Assembly: GCA_040437565.1 (NCBI GenBank) | Contig: JBDOQK010000053.1 | Coordinates: 1-64,000, forward strand | Source of the DNA: Albugo candida | Taxonomy: Eukaryota | DNA length: 64,000 bases | Direction of reading: 5' to 3' | Part shown: positions 46,112 through 59,500 of the stretch, piece by piece | Numbering within the stretch: position 1 is the stretch's first letter | Layout of the letters: every line of letters starts with the position of its first letter | Made by a program: the position numbers and the translations under genes | Notes under the pieces: generated by a model | What the model was told of the DNA's origin: nothing | Seen by the model: only the letters and a program-made list of their open reading frames with translations | The model's database searches: none

Positions 46112-46359
46112 AGTCTTTTCTATAAATCTTTCAAACCGTTTGCAATTTTGCAGGAGAAAAANNNNNNNNNNNNNNNNNNNNNNNNNNNNNNNNNNNNNNN
46201 NNNNNNNNNNNNNNNNNNNNNNNNNNNNNNNNNNNNNNNNNNNNNNNNNNNNNNNNNNNNNGTTTGCAATTTTGCAGGAGAAAAAAACACACAAACGATT
46301 ACCGTGGACCTAATTAATTTCGATCTAACTACCGTACACCACGAAACTGAACACCGATA

Positions 46360-48163
46360 TCAAGCACTCTTGAACTTAATCCTTTGCGTCTGCTTTTTTA
46401 GCTTGTACCGCTTCCACTCTCTCACGAATCCGAGCAGAAGCGGTAAGATCATAGGTGCTAGAAGAGGCGCAAAAACACCAAGCATATGTTCCTGCGGGAA
46501 GTAGAGTTGGCGAATCATGGAGGAATCAAAGTACGCTGCATCCGCCAAGGCAGCCGCTTCACGAGCGTGCGCCAAATCCGTTTGCAGATTCTCCTTTAGA
46601 TGGTGATTTACGATTGGTTCCAATAACGAGATCGATTGAAGTAGTCTTGTTTGCACTCGCTGCGGAACACTCATTTGCGGCATATCGGATACCAAAGTCG
46701 CGATGGAATGCAATGTTGTGATGGCGGCATGGACATGTCTACATTATTTAATATCATCACATAAATAATAACCCGTGATAACCTAACTGCGCACCGATGA
46801 AAGAGTTGATACATAACGCGATCCAATTCCCAATCACAAACTCCTGTGCGTGTTGCCGGTAGGAATTGGAGTGTAATCGGATGATTCAACTCACGTTCTT
46901 TTAATTGGCGACGCTGAAAGTGCGGTAAACCCATCAATTGACGCAGAATTGTCACAAATAAACTGAATATCCGCTTGCTTTCAAAAGCCTTCTCGTGCAA
47001 AGTTCCATTGAGCAGAGCGTTTCGATTCAGTATGAGAACGCCTCCCCATGCAGGAATCTGGAATGAAGTCGCATACGGCTCATTAGTATCTTTGTTTGAC
47101 TGAATAACCAAAGGCGAGTAAATTTGTGCGGGAAGAGCAGCCTGAAATTATGAATGCATGAGATCTTATTAGCTTGTTCTTCTCAATTACCATAAAATGA
47201 AGCTTGATCTCTCGATCATCCAGCACTGAAGTTGATAAAAAATCATTGGCGGTCTTGAACTAGGGTACAAAAAGCTGAGATTGGTGTACCATTAGTGTGC
47301 AGCTTTCTTCCTTACTTTCTTCAGATCATCAGAATCGATCACATAATACCGGCCATCAAAGCGTGGAGTCACATCCTTGACGATATTTGCAAAGTTAAAA
47401 ACGTGTTGCTCAACCGTGAATTCTGCCAAGGCAGTCATCTTACAAGTGTTCAGTACAACAAAATCAGAGGCGGGTGCTTGTCTCGTACCTTGCTCAATAC
47501 TGGGTCTAAATGCTCGGTAAGTAAACGATTCAAATCCCAGTGCCACGTATCCATTCCATCTAGCTTAAGCAGAGTAAAATCAAGTCGATATCGATGCGAT
47601 CGTCGTGCACGATGAGTGCTTTTGATGTCTTCCACGGCATCGAACTGAACATGTTCATCCACGAGTCGACTGATCGATTCGAGTAGACCGTCTGTCTGTT
47701 GCATTGAGCAAGAAGATGTCCACGCGTATCGTTCCGTACCCACAAAAACTGTCGAATCTGTCGACTTTTCATCACACACGAAAAATATATGGAAAGAGTT
47801 GACGGGAGCCGAAGAAGCTATTTCTCTATAATACTGTCGCATCGCCTCTATGCGAGCTGAGTTTCCATTGAACTCTTTTTTTCCATGTCGAAATATCCAC
47901 TGCAAACTATTTTCTTTATGACCTATCAAGAATGCATGCGCTTGTGTATCGCTGTGTAATTGCGCCTCATTTGAGTAGACGATAACGATAGATTGAGTAC
48001 TGTTTTGCGTGATATTTGAATCAATCCATTGACGATATAGAGATTCTATACGATCATATGTTATTTCCACACGTTCCACTTGTATTATGTTCCATGCAAA
48101 CGGAGCAAGTGCAAGTGCGAACGCGATAAAACTCGCGACTATTTCCAGTCGAGTTCCTGCCAT
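46360..48163 (-). CDS. PIGS: GPI transamidase component PIG-S (multi-exon)
   Basis: N-terminal TM ALALAPFAW, SFQIPAWGGV, WELD, and C-terminal YFDSSMIRQLYFPQEHMLGVFAPLLAP followed by a TM. Confidence 0.88.
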
Positions 48164-48248
48164 TAGCCCCAAAACAGGTACAGTATCAATATGTACCAGT
48201 ATTATGGCACCGTGTCAGATACAGTAATCAGAATCAGAGTCATACGAC

Positions 48249-50354
48249 ATGCGTGAGGAAAGCATTCGCAGTGGCGTTCAATTTTTGCAGCATCCGAATG
48301 TTCAGGTGCTTAAATAAGTCTTTCATTCTCATCTATCGTCTAATTACTAATCCTAATATATTTGCAAGTCGACACCTATGTCAGAACGAGTCGCTTTTTT
48401 GGAACAAAAAGGATTGACAAATGAAGAAACGCAACAAGCTTTGGAACGGTATCAGTCTGCACAGAGTGGTGAAGAAAACATTCTTCCAACAAGTATAAAA
48501 GAGCCTCTGTATACGAAATCGAATGGTGTTTCACCATTACGTAACTCCGCGCCTACGGCTTTAGCTACGTCAGTGTTGCCACTTATGATCCGAAATCCTT
48601 TTCGCCACTTTCCAGTAATTACAAAGATGATACGTTTGGTTGCAACCATTTCATCAATAGTTGGTATGGCATCAATGCTACTGTATACATGGAACTTTGC
48701 AGTGTATATGCGCATTCTTCCATCGTGGTGTAAATATCACAGCCTTTTCCCTTCTTTCGATTCGGTGGAAGTTGTTGGAGCTCGAACACAGGAATCAGAA
48801 AAAGAGAATCAGAACCTCAGTGATGAGATTAGAGAAATGACCACTGTCATGCAGAATCAGACTCAGAAATTACTTGAGATATCACAAGAGATCGATTCTC
48901 GTCCCAAACATGAAGACACAATGGATTCGATGACGATACAGGTANNNNNNNNNNNNNNNNNNNNNNNNNNNNNNNNNNNNNNNNNNNNNNNNNNNNNNNN
49001 NNNNNNNNNNNNNNNNNNNNNNNNNNNNNNNNNNNNNNNNNNNNGTTGGTATGGCATCAATGCTACTGTATACATGGAACTTTGCAGTGTATATGCGCAT
49101 TCTTCCATCGTGGTGTAAATATCACAGCCTTTTCCCTTCTTTCGATTCGGTGGAAGTTGTTGGAGCTCGAACACAGGAATCAGAAAAAGAGAATCAGAAC
49201 CTCAGTGATGAGATTAGAGAAATGACCACTGTCATGCAGAATCAGACTCAGAAATTACTTGAAATATCACAAGAGATCGATTCTCGTCCCAAACATGAAG
49301 ACACAATGGATTCGATGACGATACAGGTACTAGACGAACTGAGAAATCAAGTTGCGGAGCTAAAAATGCTTATCCATGAACCAAACATCGAACTTGGTGA
49401 AAGCAATGGGCAAGATCCGAACTTGTCACTTCCTGGAGTAATGCTGGAGGAAGTATCACATATGGAGTCACCAAGAATCGATAAAGTGCTGACTGTCCTG
49501 GATAAATTGCAGCGAGAGGTCCTCTATTCTTCATTTTCAGTCAGTGTGTTCTGAAGATTATCTGTGTGCAGAATTCCGTAGAACAGCTCCAAGATGCTTT
49601 CGATTTGATGATAATGTACGTCAAAAACTTGCTCGAAAACCCAACTGTACCCCGATATCGAAAAATTGCCACAGGGAATGTCAATTACAAAACCAAAATT
49701 GGACCAATAAAGGTACGTCAGCAAAAGCCACGCGTTTAAATGATTGTAAACAGTTTTTTCCTATAGCATCATAGAGAATTATTGGAGACGATTGGCTTTG
49801 AGCCATACGGAATGAACCTAGAATGGAAGTGGTACACATCAAAATCAGCAGAAGAACGAGAAGAGAACGCGGCGATACTCCAAGCGGTTTTGAGTACATT
49901 TCAAAGCGCTTGCAAAAGCAAAGAACTAAAGACCGGCGTTTTGAGGAATGTCGCAAAAGACGCGTTCGAGAGACAGCTTGGTGCATCGACACACACCGAG
50001 AATATCCATTTCGACGACCTTCAGGATGACAACGCGCATCGCGCTTGTGATTCAGCAACAGACAAGTGGGATACTTTTTTCCAGATGATGGAGAAGAAGA
50101 CATTGGAAACGACCGAAATCAGCTCACACCCCACTCACTCAGGCAACTTTACAGAAAAAAATCGTCAACAGTACCCGGAATCCTTTGCCGGCGTAATAAA
50201 AATGGTACAGAATGGTCAACAGCCTCCCGATATAAAAAAGTTTGAGGAGAAACTTTCCGAGGATTCAGCCATATTTGTAAGAGAGTTGAAAGAATCACAA
50301 ACTACGCAGCACAAGAACGCCACCTTTTCTTACACGGCTACACCCTCGACATGA
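48249..50354 (+). CDS. PEX14: PEX14-like protein: Pex14_N - hydrophobic segment - coiled coil - PUB - KPWE-domain-like helix pair (multi-exon; duplicate 49045-49328 is an artefact)
   Basis: MREESIRSGVQFLQHPNVQ|STPMSERVAFLEQKGLTNEETQQAL; spliced MYVKNLLENPTVPRYRKIATGNVNYKTKI...LLETIGF; YPESFAGVIKMVQNGQQPPDIK. Confidence 0.75.
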
Positions 50355-50500
50355 ACTGTGTTTGCAGTTGCGACGGAAAGCGATGTCATCGTATGGTCAC
50401 TCTGAACTCCGAATGTATGGATAGCTGGCTATTCCTGTAATATTTGAGATCAATTGGGCTCTAAGAAAAGGCTGTTTGTATTAGCTCTTCATTATTTCCA

Positions 50501-50875
50501 TTAATCGACTTTTTCGCATCCACATGATTTCACTAAGTATGCAATCAAATCTTTTCGCTCCTGGTCCGATTTAATACCAGCAAAAACCATTTTGGTTCCT
50601 TTCATAAACTTTTTGGGATTATGTAGATACTTGAAAAGATTGCTTTTGGTCCATTGCACGTTGGAGTTTTTGTTAGCGGTCGAGTACGAGTAGCCAGGGA
50701 CCTGCCCAGATTGTCGGTTGATCAGTCCATGCAAGTTTGGACCTAACTTGTTACCTTTATCTTTTTCCACCAAATGACATTGAGCACACTTCTTCTTGAA
50801 TGTGGCCTCTCCTGCCTGGGCGTCTCCTACAATGTCGTCGTCTGTGAGCTCTCCTTTAGTGTTTCCTTTCGCCAT
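50501..50875 (-). CDS. CYC: Cytochrome c
   Basis: CAQCH heme-binding motif, GPNLHGL and [17 protein letters not shown]. Confidence 0.95.
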   Translation of the reverse strand: MAKGNTKGELTDDDIVGDAQAGEATFKKKCAQCHLVEKDKGNKLGPNLHGLINRQSGQVPGYSYSTANKNSNVQWTKSNLFKYLHNPKKFMKGTKMVFAGIKSDQERKDLIAYLVKSCGCEKVD

Positions 50876-51091
50876 TTCCTAACGGCCGTTGAAGTCGAGA
50901 AATGAGCGAAAAAGCGTCGAGTGAAATGTATAACGGTTCCTGTGCGCCACAGAAGTTTTCACCTCGAGATTGAGGTTAAGAGTCGTTTTTGCACCAATCC
51001 AAACATCCTGCGAGTCTTGATTTCGGTTTCGACTCTTTCTGACCGCCTCAATAATAGGCGCTAAAAGAAGAGTAAGCTTTTGTCGTAAAAT

Positions 51092-52123
51092 ATGGGCAGG
51101 TACGATTATTAAACAGTTGTCGCGATTCAATTTTGTCGTTTCATATTGTTCTTATAGATTCGAAGAGGCATCAAAGGATGAAGAATATTTTCCGTCGTTT
51201 CTTACTGCTTCAGCGGAAAAACCACAGGAAGCCAATTCCTCACCACGTCATCCTGCATCGAGCAGTTGTCAACAGACAATAGCCTCGACTCCTAATCGAT
51301 ATACCTTCAACGATACGCTACTGTTTGACACCAAGAAATCTGGTGTATCGTCGTACACAAATGAAATCAAAGACTCTCCATTCAACTTTCTCAACAACTA
51401 CAAAAACAGGACCACAGAAACATTAGGCTTACGCCATCGAAAAGACAATGAATACGATAGAACGGAAATGATAGGAGACGACGATGATTTACCACCAACG
51501 GTTCGCCAAAAATGCTCTTGTGATCTTACAAATTGGTGCTTGATGTGTCTGTGTAGAAAAGTCTGACCACCGGCTCTGATTTTGCACCAAATGTATTTTC
51601 AGGAAACGATACTGGGAACCCGATGCCCAAAAAATTTACCTCCAGTCTTTACCTCATGGATCAAGGAGATGCCTGGGGAATGGATGGACAATATTGGGTC
51701 ACAGTCTTTGGATTCCCTGCAGCGTCGAAAGCTGTGATCATGACGTATTTCCAAAACATAGGTGAGCTTGTAGATACTAGAGAGTATGGTGGAAAGGCAA
51801 ACTGGATACATATGCGTTATCGCACATGCTTACAAGCTGAGAAAGCGCTCTCTCGTGATGGATCAATGATTGGAGATTTCATGGTTGGAGTCAAAAAGTG
51901 TTATTCCACTGGAATCAATAACCCATGCAGTCTCTCTCTTGACAGCTCGCGAGCCACTCCCATGCCATCAAGGTATGTCTACATCTCACTAGTGCGTTCT
52001 TTCCTCACTCCTGCAATTAGTGAATATGATGTAATCCATTCGAATGACACTGACATATTTCTACCTCCACGCCGTCGCAAAGACATATGCTCGCGAATAG
52101 CTCATTATCTGTTCAATTGGTGA
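51092..52123 (+). CDS. NUP35: Nucleoporin NUP35/NUP53 (MPPN RRM), multi-exon
   Basis: DDLPPT, WVTVFGFP...NWIHMRY...AEKALSRDG...MVGVKKC and C-terminal amphipathic helix RIAHYLFNW. Confidence 0.85.
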
Positions 52124-52180
52124 CATCAGATCAATTCACTAATTTAGAGTAGAATCAGTATACACTATACTTTTTCATTT

Positions 52181-52685
52181 ATGTTTTCCGGATTTGTACC
52201 GCGTCTTCAAGCCAAAGTCCTGGCCGCCGACATTGTCGCCAAAAACCCCTCTTTCCGATCGTTCCTTCAGCATCCAGCTGGTCCTTTTACTAGTGAGATG
52301 CAATTGTGAGGCACTTGTTGCTAAACATTCAACCATTTTGTCTGCAGTTCATTTTTGGGCTCCTGCGTTCAAGTGGGGAATTTCGCTGGCCAACATCGCA
52401 GATATGAAGAGATCACCTGAAACGATTTCACTACCGCAACAAATTGGTACGTAATGCTCTCAATTGTCACCAAAATGTGATGCATTCCAATTTGTCCATG
52501 TTGTGGAAATTACATATATAGCCATCACTGCTACGGGTGTCATTTGGTCGCGCTACAGCTTGGTGATCACGCCGAAGAATTGGAATTTATTTTCAGTCAA
52601 CGTGTTTATGGCAGCTACCGGTCTCACTCAACTATTTCGGAAAGCAACTTACACGAAGATCTCGGATATTGAAAATGCGAAATGA
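52181..52685 (+). CDS. MPC2: Mitochondrial pyruvate carrier (MPC2-type), 3 exons
   Basis: QHPAGPFT|VHFWAPAFKWG...|ATGVIWSRYSLVITPKNWNLFSVN. Confidence 0.92.
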
Positions 52686-52767
52686 AAATGTACGTGTGGG
52701 AGTCTTTTCCTAAGTCAAAATTGACTAGAGTACAGAGTGAACATACATTCATATTCTATGCTGTACG

Positions 52768-54668
52768 CTACAACTGCAGCCGATTCACTGCTGTTTCACC
52801 GCTGACAAATTGCTGGAAGGAGCACATTTGTATTGGGCCACCGTAAGCGCTTGAGGGTGCGGACCTTGCAGATTGAGGGACCATCATGCGCCTAGTCTCA
52901 TTGGGTATCGTGCAATCTTGATAATTCATATGTCGTCCGTTCAATGCTGTATTCATTTCCAAGTAAGGAGCGACAGGGAGCGGTTGTATTGGCGAAATTC
53001 CATTATGTTGAAACTCGTTTTTTGCAACAGGCCAATCGTCAAAAGAAATGAGGTCTGTGGCGGCGAAAACCTCCTCTTCTTTCTGCTGCTTTTCTTCCAT
53101 CAATCGGTCTCTTGAAATCTCGTGATCGCACGCCTCCACACTACTTTGCAATTCCTTCAACCAATTTCCTCGCTCTAGCTCAGACAAAGCCGTAAGTAGA
53201 TGGCCACCAACAACACCAGGCACATCGATTCTAATACCAAAAGAACCTCTAGGTNNNNNNNNNNNNNNNNNNNNNNNNNNNNNNNNNNNNNNNNNNNNNN
53301 NNNNNNNNNNNNNNNNNNNNNNNNNNNNNNNNNNNNNNNNNNNNNNNNNNNNNNCCAATCGTCAAAAGAAATGAGGTCTGTGGCGGCGAAAACCTCCTCT
53401 TCTTTCTGCTGCTTTTCTTCTATTGATTGGTCTCTTGACATCTCGTGATCGCACGCCTCCACACTACTTTGCAATTCCTTCAACCAATTTCCTCGCTCTA
53501 GCTCAGACAAAGCCGTAAGTAGATGGCCACCAACAACACCAGGCACATCGATTCTAATACCAAAAGAACCTCTAGGTCCATTTAAAAAATGCGCCGCTGT
53601 CATCTGTGTGTCACTGTTGACCGGAATGATCAGATGTGGCATCTTACCAGTCACACTCTCATATAAAAGTAAGGCTTCCGGTCTTAAAATTGCATACATT
53701 TTAATCCAAATCGAGTCGCTTTTCAGCCGATACAAAGGACCTCGAATTCCGGTTGCTTTCATATCGATCATTTCATCCACGCTACATGCGGCATATTGCA
53801 TTCCATTCAACTGTCGAGCATTTTTATTCATTAATTTCAATTCCGCGTCGCTGAATTCCTCCGACTCAAGTACAACTCCTTCGATTTCTGCTTCCAATTG
53901 AATCCATTCCAAAGGTGTCATCATTTTGTACCGTCCGCCATATTTGACTGGAAGGCTGTCGATCCCGATAAACTGTTTTAAATCTTCATAATTTGAAATT
54001 AGTCGCACACGTAACTGAGTACGGTCGGCTGCTTGAGTCTTAATAAGCATATGAATCAGACTTCTTGTGATCGCATTACAGTTAAGGATGAGAATGTGCT
54101 GCACAATTTCGGGATATTGCGACCGCATGGTCTGAAGCAAGTCTGTAAACATTCGCGTTTCTAAAAAATGCTGCTGTAAAGAGCACTCTTCCGCGTCAAT
54201 TATGAAGACAACGCCATTCGCGTTATTGTCTTCCATACTCTGTACTGCGAGATCTGTCAGATACACACAAAGACGTCGAGCGTCTTCCAAAGAAGTGAAG
54301 CAGCTCGAATTGTCTTGTCCTTTTGCGATAGTTTTCAGCTCGACTGTAAATTGAGGTTTGAAGAACTTTAATTGGAGTAAAATGATGGGACACTTGTCGA
54401 CATCGGTGGCGTTTTCGAGATAATGCACGTACCCTTTCTTGAGCTCTGACTGTATCCGAGTCATTCGGATATCGAGAGATTCATAGGAGAATCGATGTCT
54501 AAATTGGTGTTTTTCAATGAGCTGAGAGGCTGCTTTCATGACATTCCATTGATTGCGACATAGTGTTCGTGACAACTCCTTTTGGGAATATACGCCTGAA
54601 AGAGCTATCGCATTGGCGAGAGCCTCAAGAGCTCCATTGGGGGCAGCTAATGTACATTTTGAGTTCAT
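52768..54668 (-). CDS. CRAL-TRIO (Sec14-like) + PH domain protein (~525 aa after collapsing 53032-53254/53355-53577)
   Basis: LCRNQWNVMKA, GVVFIID, QYPEIVQHILILN and IDSLPVKYGG (Sec14-like); RGPLYRL...WIKMYAIL...ERGNWLKEL (PH). Confidence 0.8.
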
Positions 54669-55302
54669 GTGTGTGTACGGAGTGGAGCCGTCTCGGTGGC
54701 AAAATGTGAATAGATCAGTGAGATAAGACGGAAATCATTTGCATACGAAGATATTTATAGTATTCTATAATTGTATACAGGAGGCTAAAATTAGTGCTTA
54801 TAGGATACTGGTACAAGGTCGGTACGTACACTGGTCTCTGGTCGGGGTCGTGGGTGTGCCGATATGGTACCAGTAAGGTACCATACGACAATGAAAAATG
54901 CAATTGACGTTTCTCTTTTGTTCAGAGTGCATCTTTCAACATATTCTACCATTAAAACAAGACAATCTCTACATTCAAGCCGGTATCGTTTCTTGCCTTT
55001 GCTCCATTTCCATCCCCGCTCCTGCTCTTCCACCGGCTTTATCACCGGCAATTCCAATAGAGGTACTTCCGCTCGAGCCTGAAACGGAGCTGGATTTCAT
55101 TTTAGAAGATGATATCAATCTGTATTGACGTCCCATTGTTTTTCTCGTCATCAATGTACCATCTCCATTTTCCGTCCCAGCGTTGGGACAGCTACAAACC
55201 AANNNNNNNNNNNNNNNNNNNNNNNNNNNNNNNNNNNNNNNNNNNNNNNNNNNNNNNNNNNNNNNNNNNNNNNNNNNNNNNNNNNNNNNNNNNNNNNNNN
55301 NN

Positions 55303-56535
55303 AAACTGTTTTAAATCTTCATAATTTGAAATTAGTCGCACACGTAACTGAGTACGGTCGGCTGCTTGAGTCTTAATAAGCATATGAATCAGACTTCTTG
55401 TGATCGCATTACAGTTAAGGATGAGAATGTGCTGCACAATTTCGGGATATTGCGACCGCATGGTCTGAAGCAAGTCTGTAAACATTCGCGTTTCTAAAAA
55501 ATGCTGCTGTAAAGAGCACTCTTCCGCGTCAATTATGAAGACAACGCCATTCGCGTTATTGTCTTCCATACTCTGTACTGCGAGATCTGTCAGATACACA
55601 CAAAGACGTCGAGCGTCTTCCAAAGAAGTGAAGCAGCTCGAATTGTCTTGTCCTTTTGCGATAGTTTTCAGCTCGACTGTAAATTGAGGTTTGAAGAACT
55701 TTAATTGGAGTAAAATGATGGGACACTTGTCGACATCGGTGGCGTTTTCGAGATAATGCACGTACCCTTTCTTGAGCTCTGACTGTATCCGAGTCATTCG
55801 GATATCGAGAGATTCATAGGAGAATCGATGTCTAAATTGGTGTTTTTCAATGAGCTGAGAGGCTGCTTTCATGACATTCCATTGATTGCGACATAGTGTT
55901 CGTGACAACTCCTTTTGGGAATATACGCCTGAAAGAGCTATCGCATTGGCGAGAGCCTCAAGAGCTCCATTGGGGGCAGCTAATGTACATTTTGAGTTCA
56001 TGTGTGTGTACGGAGTGGAGCCGTCTCGGTGGCAAAATGTGAATAGATCAGTGAGATAAGACGGAAATCATTTGCATACGAAGATATTTATAGTATTCTA
56101 TAATTGTATACTGGAGGCTAAAATTAGTGCTTATAGGATACTGGTACAAGGTCGGTACGTACACTGGTCTCTGGTCGGGGTCGTGGGTGTGCCGATATGG
56201 TACCAGTAAGGTACCATACGACAATGAAAAATGCAATTGACGTTTCTCTTTTGTTCAGAGTGCATCTTTCAACATATTCTACCATTAAAACAAGACAATC
56301 TCTACATTCAAGCCGGTATCGTTTCTTGCCTTTGCTCCATTTCCATCCCCGCTCCTGCTCTTCCACCGGCTTTATCACCGGCAATTCCAATAGAGGTACT
56401 TCCGCTCGAGCCTGAAACGGAGCTGGATTTCATTTTAGAAGATGATATCAATCTGTATTGACGTCCCATTGTTTTTCTCGTCATCAATGTACCATCTCCA
56501 TTTTCCGTCCCAGCGTTGGGACAGCTACAAACCAA
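55303..56535 (-). other. Assembly duplicate of 53970-55202 (5' half of the CRAL-TRIO gene, intergenic region, 3' end of the VASt gene)
   Basis: Near-identical 1233 bp at offset 1333 across a 100-N gap; one substitution noticed (tacaggagg vs tactggagg). Confidence 0.88.
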
Positions 56536-59500
56536 CGTCCCATGACATTTGGTACACGGCAAAGTTCTTATCACGCCCGCTCCAATCGATGCTGCCAGCG
56601 AAGGACCTGTTCGGACTCTACCAGGTACCTCTTCATCCTTCCCATTACCATTCTCCGTCACATCGACAAGATCGACTTGTGGGACGTACGCCATCATGCG
56701 TATCCACCGTCGACGTCGGACCGAAGCGCCCAGCCTCTTCGAACTCGATTTACCTCTCGCCAGATGTGCATTAAATCGTCGAAAGTCGGTAGCATAACTC
56801 CATCCCTCGTCGTCGCAGTCTGTGTACCGCTTATCAATTTTCCATGGTGTTGTCCACACCCAATGCGGGGGCAGCCGAATTTGCTCGAAACCCAGCTCCA
56901 CGTGGCCGCTGCGATTGGTGAAGCGAGCTCGATCGGTTGGCAGTAAATGGTTCGGACCCCATTTTCCAAACAAACTCATTCGTTGATTTTCAAATATCTC
57001 TTCCAACGCGACTGTGCCATCTAACGTGCTATTGAGTCGATTCGAAATGGACGGTTTTCTCAGCAAAGTGGGACCAGCACCACTGGGACTGGCAGCACTA
57101 TGGATGCAATGAGATGTGATTGAAGATTCAGATAACACCTGAAATCGTTTCTTCTTTCCGGGTTTTCGACTCCATTTTCCGATAGAATGACTTGTGTCAT
57201 GAGACTGCGAATCGTTCCACGATATTGGTCCATCCGGTACGAACGCTTCCGTCTCGCTGGATGAGCGTAATCCAAAATTTGCTTTTCTACGTGCTGATAG
57301 ATTTTCCGTGGTCTCTGATGGTATTTCGTATGTATCATTCGAATCCACCGACAAGGAGTCTTTATTCTCGACGACATACTTTGCAATATACTCGAAAAGC
57401 GCTTGATTGCTTTTCGCGACAGACTCCCGAAAGCTTGAGACGATTTTGCTTTTGAAAAGCGTGCTTTTAGTGAATGGAACAGCCGCGTGCACTTTAGCAA
57501 CGATGATACCCTGGGAATCAATCTTGAATTCAACGTGTTGTTCGGCAGTGAAGCAATCGTGGTATGGAATATCCTGCAGCTCTGTTTTGATCTCCAGGAC
57601 CATTGTCTTCATCCGAGAGAGTGCGTGATGCACATCGACCTTTAGAGTTGCTGGAGAGAGTGGATTTGACGATGGAATTTGAATATGCTGCTGATTCTTT
57701 GTGCGTGTGCTGGAAGGACCGATGGGAGCGTGCGTAAGTGATCGAAACCTCAGCTCACGCACAATGCCACCACACGCTTCAGAAATCTGCCAAGGATCTA
57801 CTTCCAATTCTGTATCGCCAACACTCTGACGCAATTCCTCCATGCGATGCTCCGCGCCGTTTGCATAAAAGCACGCATACAATTTGTAGAGAGAATCCAT
57901 CTCTTTAGGAAGTGAGAAATCGCCGATAAAATGACGTTCGTTTTCGTTAGAAGTGAGGAATGGAGTTTTCGGCTCTTTGACACACCCGTCTTCTGTTCCA
58001 TTTGCGGGATACTCATCCGATCCAATTGCCTTCTCCCATTCTTCCATCATTAATTCACTAGCAGTTTGTACACTTTCGCGTGTCGATGAAATGATTTTCG
58101 ATTTGAATAAACAGCCTTTAGAGAACGGAATCCCCAAAAGCACTTTGAATACAAATCCATTCCCATGCAACCGCACAAAACGATTGACTTTCTCCACCGC
58201 AAAGCAGTCGCCATAGGGGATATCGTGCAACACCATTTTCGATCGGATGATCAATTCCGCTGGATCGATGCACGCTCGAATGTTATTTTCGATACAACTG
58301 TTTTCATCGGATGAGGTTATTGCGTTGAATGCGTTATTTGGAGCTGTTGGTACCAGCAATTCCGTCAATGTGCACAGAGTCGACGATGGTCCTATGGTCG
58401 CATTCGTGAGAGATCGGAAGGATGATACTCGAATAAAGCCTCCGTACTGTTTTGCCACTTCCCATTTCCCCACTTCAGTCTCCGTCTCACCACGTGCATC
58501 TCGATATCCTTCCCAACGCTTTCGAACGGTTGGATCGGCTTCATTCCGATAAAACAAATTGAATAGAAGCTGACAATCCGTGATACTCGATGGTACCGAA
58601 TACTCTCCGACAGATTCCAATTGGCTTTCATTTGTAACGAGAAACGGTTTGGCAGATACGACTTGACCCTCATCCTTTTCACTTTCACCATGACTCTGGG
58701 TACGATCTCGCATTGAAGAAGCGGTGTACTCAAGCTTGAGTAACACTTGTCCGAGTGTCGCGTTCTCCGTGAATGCGACTAAAGGCCAACAGCATTCTAT
58801 TTCGCCTCGTTTCATCCCATAAATTCCAAATAGTTCTGAAATCGAAATAGACACCTGCCCGATTTTCGTGGTGAGACATCGTAATCGAGTCTCATACAAA
58901 GTGAGTATAAGAATTTCGGGAAGCGCTGAGATGACGGACGATGAAGCAGTGACGCCAATAGCTTTGCGACACTCATCACATTCAGAGCAAAAGTGATCTC
59001 TAAACTGCCAGCTCCATTGATCGTCCCAATACACCTTTCCATTCACACAATTTGTTGGAAGGGTTTGTCCCACTGGAACGTCATTTCGTGTGTGCCCTTC
59101 CGAGTGAAATTTGATGACAAAATAAAATTGACGAAGAGTGGAGTCATTCAGGTACGTTAATTCCTTGATCGAGAGGTTCAGAGTGTGTGATTGCAGTGCC
59201 GGTCGTTGATCTTGAGTTTCTTTCGTCAGAGAGGTATCATTCGGTAACGAGACTGAAGACGCAAGAACAGGATAGATACGATCGACTCCTGGGTTTTTGT
59301 ATGTCGATGCTTCAATAGCACGTTTGGTCGCGACACATAGCCACTTTTTCGCTGTCATTGGATCGTCCACACGCATGTAGTATGTACCACCTAATGTACC
59401 ACAAAGTTCCAATGTATTTGTCCCTATTTCGATCGGGTCCGCAGGCTTCACTGCAAAGATTTTAAGTGACATTTTCAGATTTATATTTTTTCGAGCGGCA

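Noticed and set aside
54791-55057. 88-aa ORF (also at 56124-56390) as a separate small gene
   Set aside because: Overlaps the 3' end of the VASt-DysF gene in another frame, has no ATG start and no recognisable motif.
55192-56001. Apparent second CRAL-TRIO paralog
   Set aside because: Identical to the copy at 53970-54668 and truncated exactly at a 100-N gap; treated as an assembly overlap.
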